Source: Basidiobolus meristosporus CBS 931.73 (lineage: Eukaryota > Fungi > Basidiobolomycota). From it: 34,026 nt of DNA. Made by a program: the position numbers and the translations under genes. Below the pieces are notes generated by a model, which was not told where the DNA came from, searched no databases, and worked only from the letters and a program-made list of their open reading frames with translations. Positions 20,756-32,400 of this stretch are shown here, one piece after another. Location: positions 1-34,026 of the forward strand of contig MCFE01000808.1 in NCBI GenBank assembly GCA_002104905.1, written 5' to 3'. Numbering within the stretch: the stretch's first letter is position 1; each line of letters begins with the position of its first letter.

Positions 20756-22640
20756 GCTTTGACACTCTGTACAACAAGCAGGGCTACAAGCAAAAAAAGA
20801 CCTGTGGACAGTGTGTCAACCAAAGGTAACAATGTAGACCCCTTAGGCCCTGAGTTAAGTTGACAATTGGAAATCACCATGGAGTTGCAAGCTGACTATA
20901 ATGCTGAGGCATATAGGAATGTAGAAAAAGCAATACCTGCAGCTGAAGACCAGCAAATTGTCATCACAACATTACCACCACTCATATAAGCAAGCATGTA
21001 GTCAGCTGATACCAAGCATTAATGAGGCAGCTAGTTGCTGTGGCTATTAGGATAGACACAATGGCCCAGAGAAATCAGCAAATAATCCAGAAGCAGGGTG
21101 AGCTTATGAAAGGTGCAGAGCAATCAGCATCCTAGGTAAAGACAATAACAGAAACTCTCAATAGCAGACAAAGAAGGGTGCAATGGCTAAAAACTAGCGG
21201 CTTCCTCAGGAGCCTGTTCCTAAGTAGGGCCAAGAGCTCCAAACTGGCATCAGAGGGACACTAGGTAGCTGGAAGATTGCCAATAAAGGAGAAGCAGACA
21301 GATACAGATGCACCAGCACTCTATTTATCAAGGAAAAAGCGTACCTCTACTCAAGAGGCACTGAGTGTAAGTTGCGGGGAAGGACCTAGCAGTTAAAAAA
21401 AAAGTGGCCACCTCAGAGGCCTGTCACAGCATGGGGTAAGAGCTCAAATCAAGCAGAAAAGAAGCATGAGGTTGCCTCCAGAGTGCCAGCAAGGGACAGG
21501 CAGGCAGAAACAAATACATCAGAGCGGCATTTATCAAGGAGAGAGCATAGTTCAATACAAGAAGCACCCAAATAAAGCAGCTGTTTAAGACTTGGTTGTG
21601 ACAAAGGAAAAGGTCAAGAGAAAGAGGTTTACTCAAGCCAGAGGCATGGAAGCATGAGAAAAGAGGTGCAGCTCTTGTCAATTAACACTGTAGGACTTGC
21701 AGTGCCAGCTGAAGATCAGGACATTTGGGACCAGTGAATGAACTGTTGCAATTTAAGAAGTGATTTGGATATAAGGAACTTATCAAGAAATAGTGATAAT
21801 AGTTGAACTGTTGTTTATTCATAAAGAAGCTCAGTATTTATACCTTTGTAGAAGTAATACAGCTGCAACACTAAGTAGGGAGGGTTTCTCAATATTCAGG
21901 AGCATTCTGTAACAGTTTCAGGGTTAGTACATAATGTTTGGTAATAGTGCTAATTTGATCCTGACTATAGGGGAATAATCATAAGATCATATATCTGGAG
22001 AAAGTGGCGAAGTTAAGGCAGTAAATGAGTCCTACAGTGACTAAGACTAGCCTAGAATTGTTAAGTAAATTTTTAGCTGCTGAATGATACCAAATAGTCC
22101 AATATTTCAACATGAACAGCAGCATAAAGCTGTACAGCTCCCACCAAAGTCATGGAAACAGAGAGTTACAGCAGAAACTCTTATACAGTGTTGAATTTTA
22201 ATGGAGTAACTTGTTGAGTGTGGGTTAGGGCTTAATGATAGTGTAGGGTCTGGGGAATTGTATAGGGCAGTACAGTTGGCAATTGAGGTACAATTGAAGC
22301 TCCAATGGAAAAGAATCTATTTGTAGGCATGAAAAGTAAGAGAAACAGCTGATTCAGGAGGTAGAAGTGTGAAAATGTGGCAATGGTCAATCAATGCACA
22401 CAAATGTATGAAGCAATAGAGTGTCTGGGAGCAGAAAGTGAGAGAATGAGCTTAGAGCCAATCAAAAGACACATCCATATTGTTGTGTTGACAAATTGTG
22501 ACCAAGTTTTCTGAGAAATTTGGGGTGAAACTATTTTTTGACAATCTTTGCATGGTGCCCTGATGGGATCAATACTTCTTAGTCAAGGGACTTGGAATTT
22601 GTGACAGCCTTTTGACAGGATTATCACAATAACTTTGCAC
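20755..22640 (+). pseudogene. ORF-B copy (internally deleted), interrupted by the solo LTR
   Basis: 20755-21100 matches the reverse complement of about 19440-19800. Later parts match 580-1080 and 1460-2020. Confidence 0.7.
21744..22112 (-). mobile_element. Copia solo LTR (369 bp)
   Basis: Reverse complement of 29003-29371 with one mismatch (cctgaat vs cctaaat); 5-bp TSD TGAAC (21739-21743 and 22113-22117). Confidence 0.97.
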
Positions 22641-22689
22641 AGGGTAGTGATTTTGCCAAGCTTGTGAAGGGTATTGCTCAGAGTGGATA

Positions 22690-22890
22690 TAAGCTCAGAA
22701 TCCATTGGTGAACATGCTACTTGAGGACTATCACTCTGCAAGCTGTATTCATTAGGATGGGGGTAGCCTAAAGGAATTTTAAACTCACCAGAATCAGCTT
22801 GAGCAAGGTTACAGGTACAGCTAGATACCATCATGAAAGTATCAAGAGGCCAGCAAGATATTGTTAGTACAGTAGTGACTGGTGATTACC
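22690..22890 (-). repeat. Inverted homolog of 20245-20440
   Basis: tcaccagt.actactgt..aacaa.atcttgctggcc.cttgat...gcagagtgatag is shared in opposite orientation. Confidence 0.65.
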
Positions 22891-23042
22891 AAAGATTGCT
22901 GTAGGGTCTTGGCAATAATAGAAGGGATTGGGAGTAGATAGTGTGGTTTTTAGTTAGTGAACTTTTGAATATAAAGTAGCATTTATACTTTACATAGTCT
23001 TGTATGAAAACATGTTGAATAGATTTAGGAAGATCCAACAAC

Positions 23043-23304
23043 TGTTGAAATATTAGACTATTTGGTATCATTCAGCAGCTAAAAATTTACTTAACAACTC
23101 TAGACTAGTTTTGCTCACTGGACAACATATTTGTAGCCCCAAATTTGCCAGTTTCTTCACATCTATTATCCTATGATTATTCCCCTGTGGTGAAGATCAA
23201 ATTAACACTTTTTACTGATTATATGTACTAACCACAAAACTGTTGCAGAATGCTCCTGAATGTTAAGAAACCCTCCTTACTTAGTGTTAAAGCTGTATTA
23301 CTTC
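23043..23304 (+). mobile_element. Diverged, 3'-truncated Copia LTR
   Basis: tgttgaaatattagactatttggtatcattcagcagc... follows the family LTR as far as gctgtattacttc, then switches to CACTA transposase sequence. Confidence 0.9.
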
Positions 23305-25145
23305 ATCATCTTCCCACAGAGAGAACATACAGAAGTCAGCATGCAATTGCAGCAACACTGGCAAGCAGTAAGCCATTGGCTGGAATTTGGAATCAATTAG
23401 AAACTGGAGATACTTAAGATAGAGTGTATCTGTTTCAACAAAAGCTTTCCACTGGGAGCAATGCAATTGCTTTTCAACAATATCCCTATATTGATGACTA
23501 TGTTGTACATGGTACAATTCAGGCAAAATGAGCCCTTTGAGATACCAGAGAAACTTGAAAGAATTGGCAGGATATTACAGAGTATCTGCTACTCTAGGTA
23601 CTTCTCACAGGCTCCAATCAATATTCATAGGCATTTGCAAAAATACAAATGCAAAGTTTGGATGAACTGGAAATGTATTTATTCAAGTGGTATTTTGATG
23701 CCATTCCTACCAAAAGTAGATTGAAAGCATTGGGAGTCATATGTGGACATTGTAGGAATATTTATCCAGAAGTGGATCACCAATGCCAACTTGACGCATC
23801 TACAGCTGTTGTGCAAGGTGTTTGTGACAGGATTTGAGAGGCCATACTACAAACATAAAGCTGAATGTGTAGTTCTCTGCTGCTAATGTATCCATTCTCT
23901 ACTCCATCTTGCATGGTATATGGAAAGTATTGGGCATTGCTTCACCTTCCGGGAGTTTTCTATGGAGCGGATGCATGGGGAGATAGTAAGACAAGTCAAG
24001 TTGCAGGTACCACCATATCCTAATCTGATCAAGAATAGCACCTGGAATTCTGTCATGGATATGATGAGTTGACATATAGAGGATAGCCAGGAAGAGTTGG
24101 AAAATACTGAGGACAAGTGTGCACACTGAGACACCTATGACCATGGCATTAAGAAGCTGAGCAGCTCCAATGTGTGGGCAATCAGTTAAGTAATGCAAAG
24201 TTGGGTAGGGTGCAACAAGCAACTAATTTTTATCAGGAAAACTCTGCCAAGGTATGCTGGATTTCTCATGGTCTCAAGCCAAGCTCTACACCATTCAATA
24301 CAGAATTCACAAAAACAAAAACCAGAGCGCACCTATAAGGGGGACTAGAATCCCATAGGAGCAGTAATATACTGGCTAGATACCAAGAAGTTCTTTGCAG
24401 ATATTCAGGAGGTATTCAAGGCAGAAGTGGCAACAACCAAGCATATGTTTGCAAGATGTATATGTTACCAGCAGTATAACATATATAGCAACTTTGCAAG
24501 TATCGCACTAAAAAGCTGTAAAGTTGAGGTGCTAGAAGTATGTCAATTGTGGCAGGTGTATGCATCTGAGAAGTTAATAAGCAGGCGGCCATATTTTTTT
24601 GATTCAAACTATATGTGGAATACCCAAGGTTGTAGTGGGATAACAAATAAAGTGGGGTTATTCTACAGTGGAATACATAAATGGCACAAGGGGAGTTAGA
24701 AAAAGGAAATACCATTTGGTGAATTGGTACAGTAGCATCATATAGAACTGGCTGTAGGCCACCATACTGCCATTATTATGCCAAAAGAGTCTTGCTGCAA
24801 GGCCATTGAAATACTTTCAAGTTTTTTGCCATTCATGGTAATAGGTGTCCTGGCCAGTTGGACTCATTTAAAATAGTTGTTGAGCACAATACAACTGCAA
24901 TAATATCATGCAATTACTGTCACAGTACCAATCAAATCTTGCTAAGTGTTATAACTTTATTAGGCAGTAAAATTAGGAAAACACAATTGTGATCCCATCA
25001 TAAGATTGTTAAGTGGGTCACCATTTCCAAGCTGCAGGTAGTATGACGGTCTCTACACAGAATCCTGACAGCTGATCTGGTTTGTATCCACCCATGGGAT
25101 CAAGCTATTTATTATTGGGAACAAAGTGGAACCAATCATTGTTAT
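23305..25145 (+). pseudogene. CACTA/EnSpm-like transposase C-terminal half plus start of ORF-C
   Basis: LEFGIN*KLEIL..KSFPLGAMQLLFNN, APINIHRHLQKYKCKVWMNW..YS, FVTGFERPYY, CIHSLLHLA..IGHCFTFREFSMERMHG. Collinear with the reverse complement of 3426-4960. Confidence 0.8.
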
Positions 25146-25150
25146 GATTA

Positions 25151-25860
25151 GAATATTGACTCTGGAGCATCACAGCATATTTGAAGTATCAAGGAGTGGC
25201 TCAGCAACTTGAAGACTATTCTGGTAAGAAATGTTTATCTGAGAGATAACTCTGCACTGGTAGCTACCACCAGTGGGTCTAAACTACTAAACATGGGTGA
25301 TATCTCAGGGGCTAAAGCAGCAAAACCGACTGATGTACTCTACATCCCTGGAATTGCAAGGAACCTACTCTCAGTCAGTAAAGCAACTGCTCATGGACTG
25401 AAGTATTTTTTTAATAAGCTGAATTGCTTATTATTGGGTGAAAATGAACAACAATTAGCTTTGGGAATCATAGATTACAACATATCTAAGCTACAATGCA
25501 AGATCATTATACCTTGGTATGCTAACATTGCTGAAACTGATGAAACTAGCTGGAGACATTACATAACAGTCAAGGACATGTTGGGGAACAGAAAATTAGC
25601 TAATTGGCAGAAAAGCAGCTTCTTAGGGGCTTATAGTACTCAATTCCAACCAAATTGAGTGTCTGTGAGGGATTTTCATATGGTTAACAAGCTAGGTAAC
25701 ATTCAAGAAGCTCTGGAGGCATTAACCCCACCAATATATTGGCTGTTGTTTACACAGACATCTGTAGGCCCATGTGAACACTATCCATTGGAGCCAAGAG
25801 ATACTTTATGATGTTTATTGATGACAGGACAGGATATATGTGGGCCTACTTCCTTGTCAC
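25151..25860 (+). mobile_element. Oldest Copia internal fragment (protease to start of integrase)
   Basis: Aligns with about 30248-30950 of the intact copy (IDSGASQH..LYIPGIARNLLSVSK..FIDD). It stops exactly where the next LTR begins. Confidence 0.88.
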
Positions 25861-28800
25861 TTTTGAAATATTGGATTATTTGGTATCTTCCTATGGCAAA
25901 AAATTTACTTAACAATTTTGGACTAGTCTTGGTCACTGTGGGACTTATTTACAGCTCAAACTTTGCCACTTTCTTCAGATCTACAATCATATGATTATTC
26001 CCTTACAGCCAGGATAAAACTAGCACCATTACTAAACATTATGTACTAACCATGAAACTGTTACAGTATGCTCCTGAATATTGAGAAACCCTCCTTACTT
26101 AATGTTACAGCTGTAATGCTCCTACAAAGGTATAAATACTGAGCTTCTTTATTGATAAACAACAGTTAGCTATTATCACTATTTCTTGGTAAGTTCCTTA
26201 TATCCAAATCACTTCTTAAATTGCAACAGGTTAGGAGCCCTGATTGCCTTAATCTATTCTAAAGATGACTTCTACCAGCAAACAGAACAACACAAACATC
26301 TGCCCTGTGCGGGAGAGGTTTGATGGGATGAACTACAGACTCTGGAGAATCAAGATGCAAATCCACCTTGAGGAAAGGAAGCTTTGGAATATAGTAGCAG
26401 GAAAAGAAGTTGAGCCCATAGGACCGCCAGAAGAAGTGGAAAAGTTTCAAAAGAAGGAGAGGAAGGCCTTTAATGCCATATGGATCAATGTGCAAGATTC
26501 CTTCATTGGACCAAGCCATGCCTCAAACACCGCCAAAGCAGCATGGGAATCCTTAGAGAAGATCTTTAGAGCAAAGTCAGTATCAAACAAGCTTATTTGA
26601 ACAAAAGTTCTTCAACATGTGGAAGAGGCCAGATGATGACATGCTACAACTCATTACTATAATGGGGACACTTGCAGAAGAGCTTTAGAGTATTAATGCT
26701 GGTGTGGATGATGAAGAAAAGATACTCTGTCTACTTTGCAGCCTACCAGACAAGTATGAGCCACTAGTACTTTCTTTTGAAAGCAGAGAACACAATATGA
26801 CTTTAAAATATGTCAAAGAAAGACTTCTTGATGAAGAACTCAGATACCATGATCAAGCAGAGAGAATTAAAGATAATGCTTTATTCAGCTCAGAAAGGCA
26901 CTCAGAAATGAAGGGAAAGCCATAAAACCAAAGAAAACCTGGTTGCTGTTACTACTGTAAAAAGCCGGGACACTGGGCAAGAGAATGCAAGAAGAAACAA
27001 GCAGACAAAAAACAGAAACTAGAGCAGGCAAGCCACATAATTACTGATAAACAGTTATTTGTAACCATACAAGCAAGTGCAAGTAACCAATGTAACAAAT
27101 GGTATATTGACTCTGGAGCATCACACCATATTTGTGGTATAAAGGAGTGGTTCATCAGCTTAAAGACTACCGCTGTAAGAAAGGTTTATCTGGGAGATAA
27201 CTCTGCTCTGGAAGCTACCAACAGTGGGTCTATACCACTAAATATGAGCTGTAGCTAAGGGGCAACATCAGCAAGACTGACTGAAGTACTCAATGTACCT
27301 GGAATAGCTGAGAACCTATTCTTAGTCAGTAAAGCAACTGCTCAGGGACTGAAATTTGTTTTTAATAAGAAGAGCTCCTCTATATTGAGTGAAAATGGAC
27401 AAATATTAGCTTTGGAAATCAGAGATCACAATATATTCAAGTTACAATGCAAGATCATTGTACCTGAGTATGTCAACTATGCTGCAACTGATGAAACCAA
27501 CTGGGAGACATGGCATAGGAGGCTAGAACACATAGGGGAGCAGAAAATGAGCCAATTGCTGAAACATCAGCTTGTTTTGGGCCTAAAATACTCAATTCCC
27601 ATCAAATTGAATGTTTGTAAGGGATGTTAATATGGGAAACAAGCTAGGCAACGTTCCAAGAGCTCAGAAGACATCAATACCACCAAAATATTGGCAATTG
27701 TACACTCAGACATATGTGGCCCCATGAGAACACTGTCCTTTGGGGCCAAGAGATACTTTACGGCATTTATTGATGACAAAACAAGATGTACATTGGTGTA
27801 CATCCTCAGAACAAAGGATGAAGCATTGGAGATGCTTAAGCACCTCAAGAACATGGCAGAAACATAAGCTGAGAGTAAATTGAAGGTACTACACTGTGAC
27901 AATGGAGGAGAAAACTGTTCAAAGGAGTTTGCAAAATACTGCTTATCTACTAACATACTTCAGCAGACCACAGTTCCTCATACTCCACAGCCAAATGAAG
28001 CAGCAGAACATGCAAATAGAGCAATAATAGAGATGGGAAGATATATGCTACATCATAAGGGAATGGACTACAAGTTTTGGGCTGAATCTGCTGCTACCAC
28101 AGTTTACATCATCAACAGATGCCCAATAACAGTACTACAAAATTCTACACCTTTTAAAGCATATACAGACAATAAACCACATCTCCAGCACCTCAAGAAC
28201 TTTGGCAACATGTTTTTTATCACATTCCTGATAAAAAAAGCTCAAAGTTGGAACCAAAGAGTAGCAAAGGGATCTTTCTTTGGTATTGTAAGTACACCAA
28301 AGGGTATAGAGTATATGATGGCAAAATTCAGAAGCTGATCAAGAGCAGGGAGGGTGTATTTGTGGAGTGTTCAGATCCTAAAGCCATTGAAATTATTGGC
28401 CAGCTACCTGATGATGCAATCAACACTGATGAAGAAGATACATGCCTAATGCAGCCAGATACAGATGATAATTCTACTAATTCCAGATCAGAGCAGATTA
28501 TCCCAGTTGGGTGATCTACCAGAATAAGAAATGCCCCTGGATCCTGGTAGCAGACATCCAATGACTGTACTATGTGGTAGCAAGCCATGCAAGAGTACCA
28601 ATCACTGATCAGGGTAAAAATGTGAGAACTGGTAGATTTACTAAAAGGGAGAAAGCCAATAGGATGTAGCTGGGTCTACAAGATCAAGATAATCTCAAAT
28701 GGTGCTGTTGACAAGTACAAGGCTTGATTGGTGGCTAAAGGCTATTCCCAGATCTAAGGACTAGAATTTAAGGAAGCATTTGCTCCAGTTGCCAAGTTTA

Positions 28801-29002
28801 ACTCCATTAGGACAGTTCTAGCCCTGGCAGCTGTACACAGTCTAGATCTACTCAAATAGACGTCAAAACAGCCTTTCTCAATGGGGATTTGCAAGAACCT
28901 ATATATATGGAGCAACCAGAAGGTTTCACTGATCCAAAAGACCCTTGTAAGGTGTGCAAACTTCAAAAATTGTTGTATGGGCTTTAGCAGGCACCAAAAA
29001 AC
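25861..29002 (+). mobile_element. Decayed Copia copy, 5' part (LTR 25861-26228, mutated PBS ggttaggagccc, disrupted gag-pol from ATG 26265)
   Basis: Collinear with 29003-32215 but with many stops and frameshifts. Track ORFs 26265-26600, 26704-26925, 27385-27630 and 27880-28338 are its pieces. Confidence 0.93.
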
Positions 29003-29371
29003 TGTTGAAATATTGGACTATTTGGTATCATTCAGCAGCTAAAAATTTACTTAACAATTCTAGGCTAGTCTTAGTCACTGTAGGACTCATTTACTGCCTT
29101 AACTTCGCCACTTTCTCCAGATATATGATCTTATGATTATTCCCCTATAGTCAGGATCAAATTAGCACTATTACCAAACATTATGTACTAACCCTGAAAC
29201 TGTTACAGAATGCTCCTAAATATTGAGAAACCCTCCCTACTTAGTGTTGCAGCTGTATTACTTCTACAAAGGTATAAATACTGAGCTTCTTTATGAATAA
29301 ACAACAGTTCAACTATTATCACTATTTCTTGATAAGTTCCTTATATCCAAATCACTTCTTAAATTGCAACA
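29003..29371 (+). repeat. Copia 5' LTR with TATAAATA (29273-29280) and AATAAA (29296-29301)
   Basis: tgttgaaata...ttgcaaca; identical to 33320-33688. Confidence 0.98.
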
Positions 29372-29384
29372 GGTTATGAGCCCC
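29372..29384 (+). promoter_or_regulatory. Half-tRNAiMet primer-binding site
   Basis: GGTTATGAGCCCC directly after the LTR; complementary to the initiator-Met anticodon stem-loop GGGCUCAUAACC. Confidence 0.85.
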
Positions 29385-29407
29385 GATTGCCTTAATCTAT
29401 TCTAAAG

Positions 29408-32400
29408 ATGACTTCTACCAGCAAACAAAGCAATACCAACATCTTCCCTGTAAAGGAGAGGTTTGATGGGAAGAACTACAGACTTTGGAGAATCAAGATG
29501 CAGATCCACCTTGAGGAAAGAAAGCTTTGGAATATAGTAACAGGAAAGGAAGTTGAGCCCAAAGGAACAGCAGAAGATGTGGAGAAGTTTCAAGAGAAGG
29601 AGAGAAAGGCCTTCAATGCAATATGCATCAATGTGCAAGACTCCTTCATTGGACAAATCCATGCCTCAAATACTGCCAAAGCAGCATGGGAATCCTTGGA
29701 GAAGATCTTTAGAGCAAAGTCAGTATCAAGCAAGCTTTATTTGAAACGAAAGTTCTTCAACATGAGAAAAAAGCCAGATGATGACATGCTACAACTCATT
29801 ACCAGAATGGAGACACTTGCAGAAGAACTTTACAGTATTAATGCTGGTGTAGATGATGAAGAAAAGATACTCTGTCTGCTTTGCAGCCTACCAGACGAGT
29901 ATGAGCCACTCATACTTTCTTTTGAAAGCAGAGAAGACAACTTGACTTTAGACTATGTCAAAGGAAGACTTCTCCATGAAGAACTCAGACGTAATGACCA
30001 AGCAGAGAAAATTGAAGATAATGCTTTATTCAGTTCAGAAAGGCATACAGAAAAGAAGGGAAAGCAACAAAACCGAAGAAAACCTGGCTGCTGTAACTAC
30101 TGTAAGAAGCCAGGACACTGGGCAAGAGAATGCAAGAAGAAACAAGCAGACGAAAAACAGAAACTAGAGCAGGCAAACCATATAACTACTGATGAACAGC
30201 TATTTGTCACTGTACAAGAGAGTGCAAGTAACCGAAGTAATGAATGGTATATTGACTCTGGAGCATCACAGCATATTTGTGGTATAAAGGATTGGTTCAG
30301 CAACTTAAAGACTATTCCCGTAAGAAAGGTTTATCTGGGAGATAACTCTGCATTGGAAGCTACCGCCAGTGGGTCTATACAACTAAATATGAGTGATAAC
30401 TCAGGGGCAACAACAGCAAAACTGACTGACGTACTCTATGTACCTGGAATAGCTAAGAACCTACTCTCAGTCAGTAAAGCAACTACTCAGGGACTGAAAT
30501 TCGTTTTTACTAAGCTGAGCTGCTCAATATTGAGTGAAAATGGACAAAAATTAGCTTCGGGAATCAGAGATCACAATATATACAAGTTACAATGCAAGAT
30601 CATTGTACCTGAGTATGTCAACATTGCTGAAACCGATGAAACCAACTGGGAGACGTGGCATAGGAGGCTAGGACACATAGGGGAACAGAAAATGAGCCAA
30701 TTGGTGAAAAATCAGCTTGTTTTGGGCCTAAAATACTCAATTCCGATCAAATTGAATGTTTGTAAAGGATGTTCATATGGCAAACAAGCTAGGCAACGTT
30801 TCAAGAGCTCAGAAGGCATCAATACCACCGAAATATTGGCTATTGTACACTCAGACATATGTGGCCCCATGAGAACACTGTCCTTTGGAGCCAAGAGATA
30901 CTTTATGACGTTTATTGATGACAAGACAAGATACACATGGGTGTACTTCCTCAAAACAAAGGATGAAGCTTTAGAGACGTTTAAGCACTTCAAGAACATG
31001 GCAGAAACACAAACTGGGTGTAAATTGAAGGTACTACGAAGTGACAATGGAGGAGAATACTGCTCAAAGGAGTTTGCAAAATACTGCTTGTCTACTGGTA
31101 TACTTCAACAGACCACAGTTCCTCATACTCCACAGCAAAATGGAGTAGCAGAACGTGCAAATAGAACAATAGTAGAGATGGGAAGATCTATGCTACATGA
31201 TAAGGGAATGGACTACAAGTTTTGGGCTGAATCTGTTGCTACCGCTGTATACATCAAGAACAGATGCCCAACAACAGCACTACGTGATTCTACACCCTTT
31301 GAAGCATATACAGGCAAAAAACCAGATCTCCAGCACCTCAGGATCTTTGGCAGTGATGTTTTTTATCACATCCCTGACAAAAAACGCTCAAAGTTGGAAC
31401 CAAAGAGTAGAAAAGGGATCTTTCTTGGGTATTGTGAAGGTACTAAAGGGTATAGAGTGTATGATGGCAAAATTCAGAAGCTGATCAAGAGCAGGGACGT
31501 TGTATTTGAGGAGAATTCAGATCAGAAAGCCACAGAAATCATTGGCCAGCTGCCTGATGATGCAATCAACACAAATGAAGAAGATACGTACCAAATCCAG
31601 CCAGAGATGGAAGATACTTCTACCAGTTCCAGATCAGAACAGATTATCCCAGTTAGGAGATCTACCAGAATAAGAAATGCCCCTGGATCCTGGTGGCAGA
31701 CATCCAATGATCATGAAGAAGCTTATCTTGCCTTATGTGCCAAACCTCAGAATCTGGAACAGGCAATGCAAGGTCCAGATGCTACTAAGTGGCAACAAGC
31801 CATGCAGGAGGAGTACCAATCACTGATCAAGGCAAAAACGTGGGAACTGGTAGATTTACCAAATGGGAGAAAGCCAATAGGATGTAGATGGGTCTACAAG
31901 ATCAAGATAACCTCAAATGGTGCCGTTGATAAGTACAAGGCTAGATTGGTAGCTAAAGGCTATTCCCAGATCCAGGGACTAGACTTTAAGGAAACATTTG
32001 CTCCGGTTGCCAAGTTTAACTCTATTAGGACAGTTCTAGCCCTGGCAGCTGTACACAGTCTAGATCTACACCAAATGGACGTCAAAACAGCCTTTCTAAA
32101 TGGGGATTTGCAAGAAACTATATATATGGAGCAACCAGAAGGTTTTACCGATCCAAAAAGCCCCCATAAGGTGTGCAAACTTAGAAAATCGTTGTATGGG
32201 CTTAAGCAGGCACCCAGAGCATGGTATAACAAGATTGACACATATCTAGAGGAAATTGGGTTCTCTCGTAGCACTGCAGATCACAGTATATATGTGAAAC
32301 AGCTCAAAAAGGGTGTGATCATCCTAGTTCTTTATGTGGACGACCTAATTATAGCTACAAGTGATCAAGAGGCACTTAAACAGACGAAATCAGATCTCTT

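Noticed and set aside
25861-29002. Fungal RIP as the cause of decay
   Set aside because: Changes are mostly at CpG, mixed with transversions and indels. The identical 369-bp LTR pair and the near-identical solo LTR are untouched, which RIP would not usually allow.
29023-29030. TGGTATCA, resembling a plant-type tRNAiMet PBS
   Set aside because: It is inside the LTR and repeated in every LTR copy; the real PBS position holds GGTTATGAGCCC.
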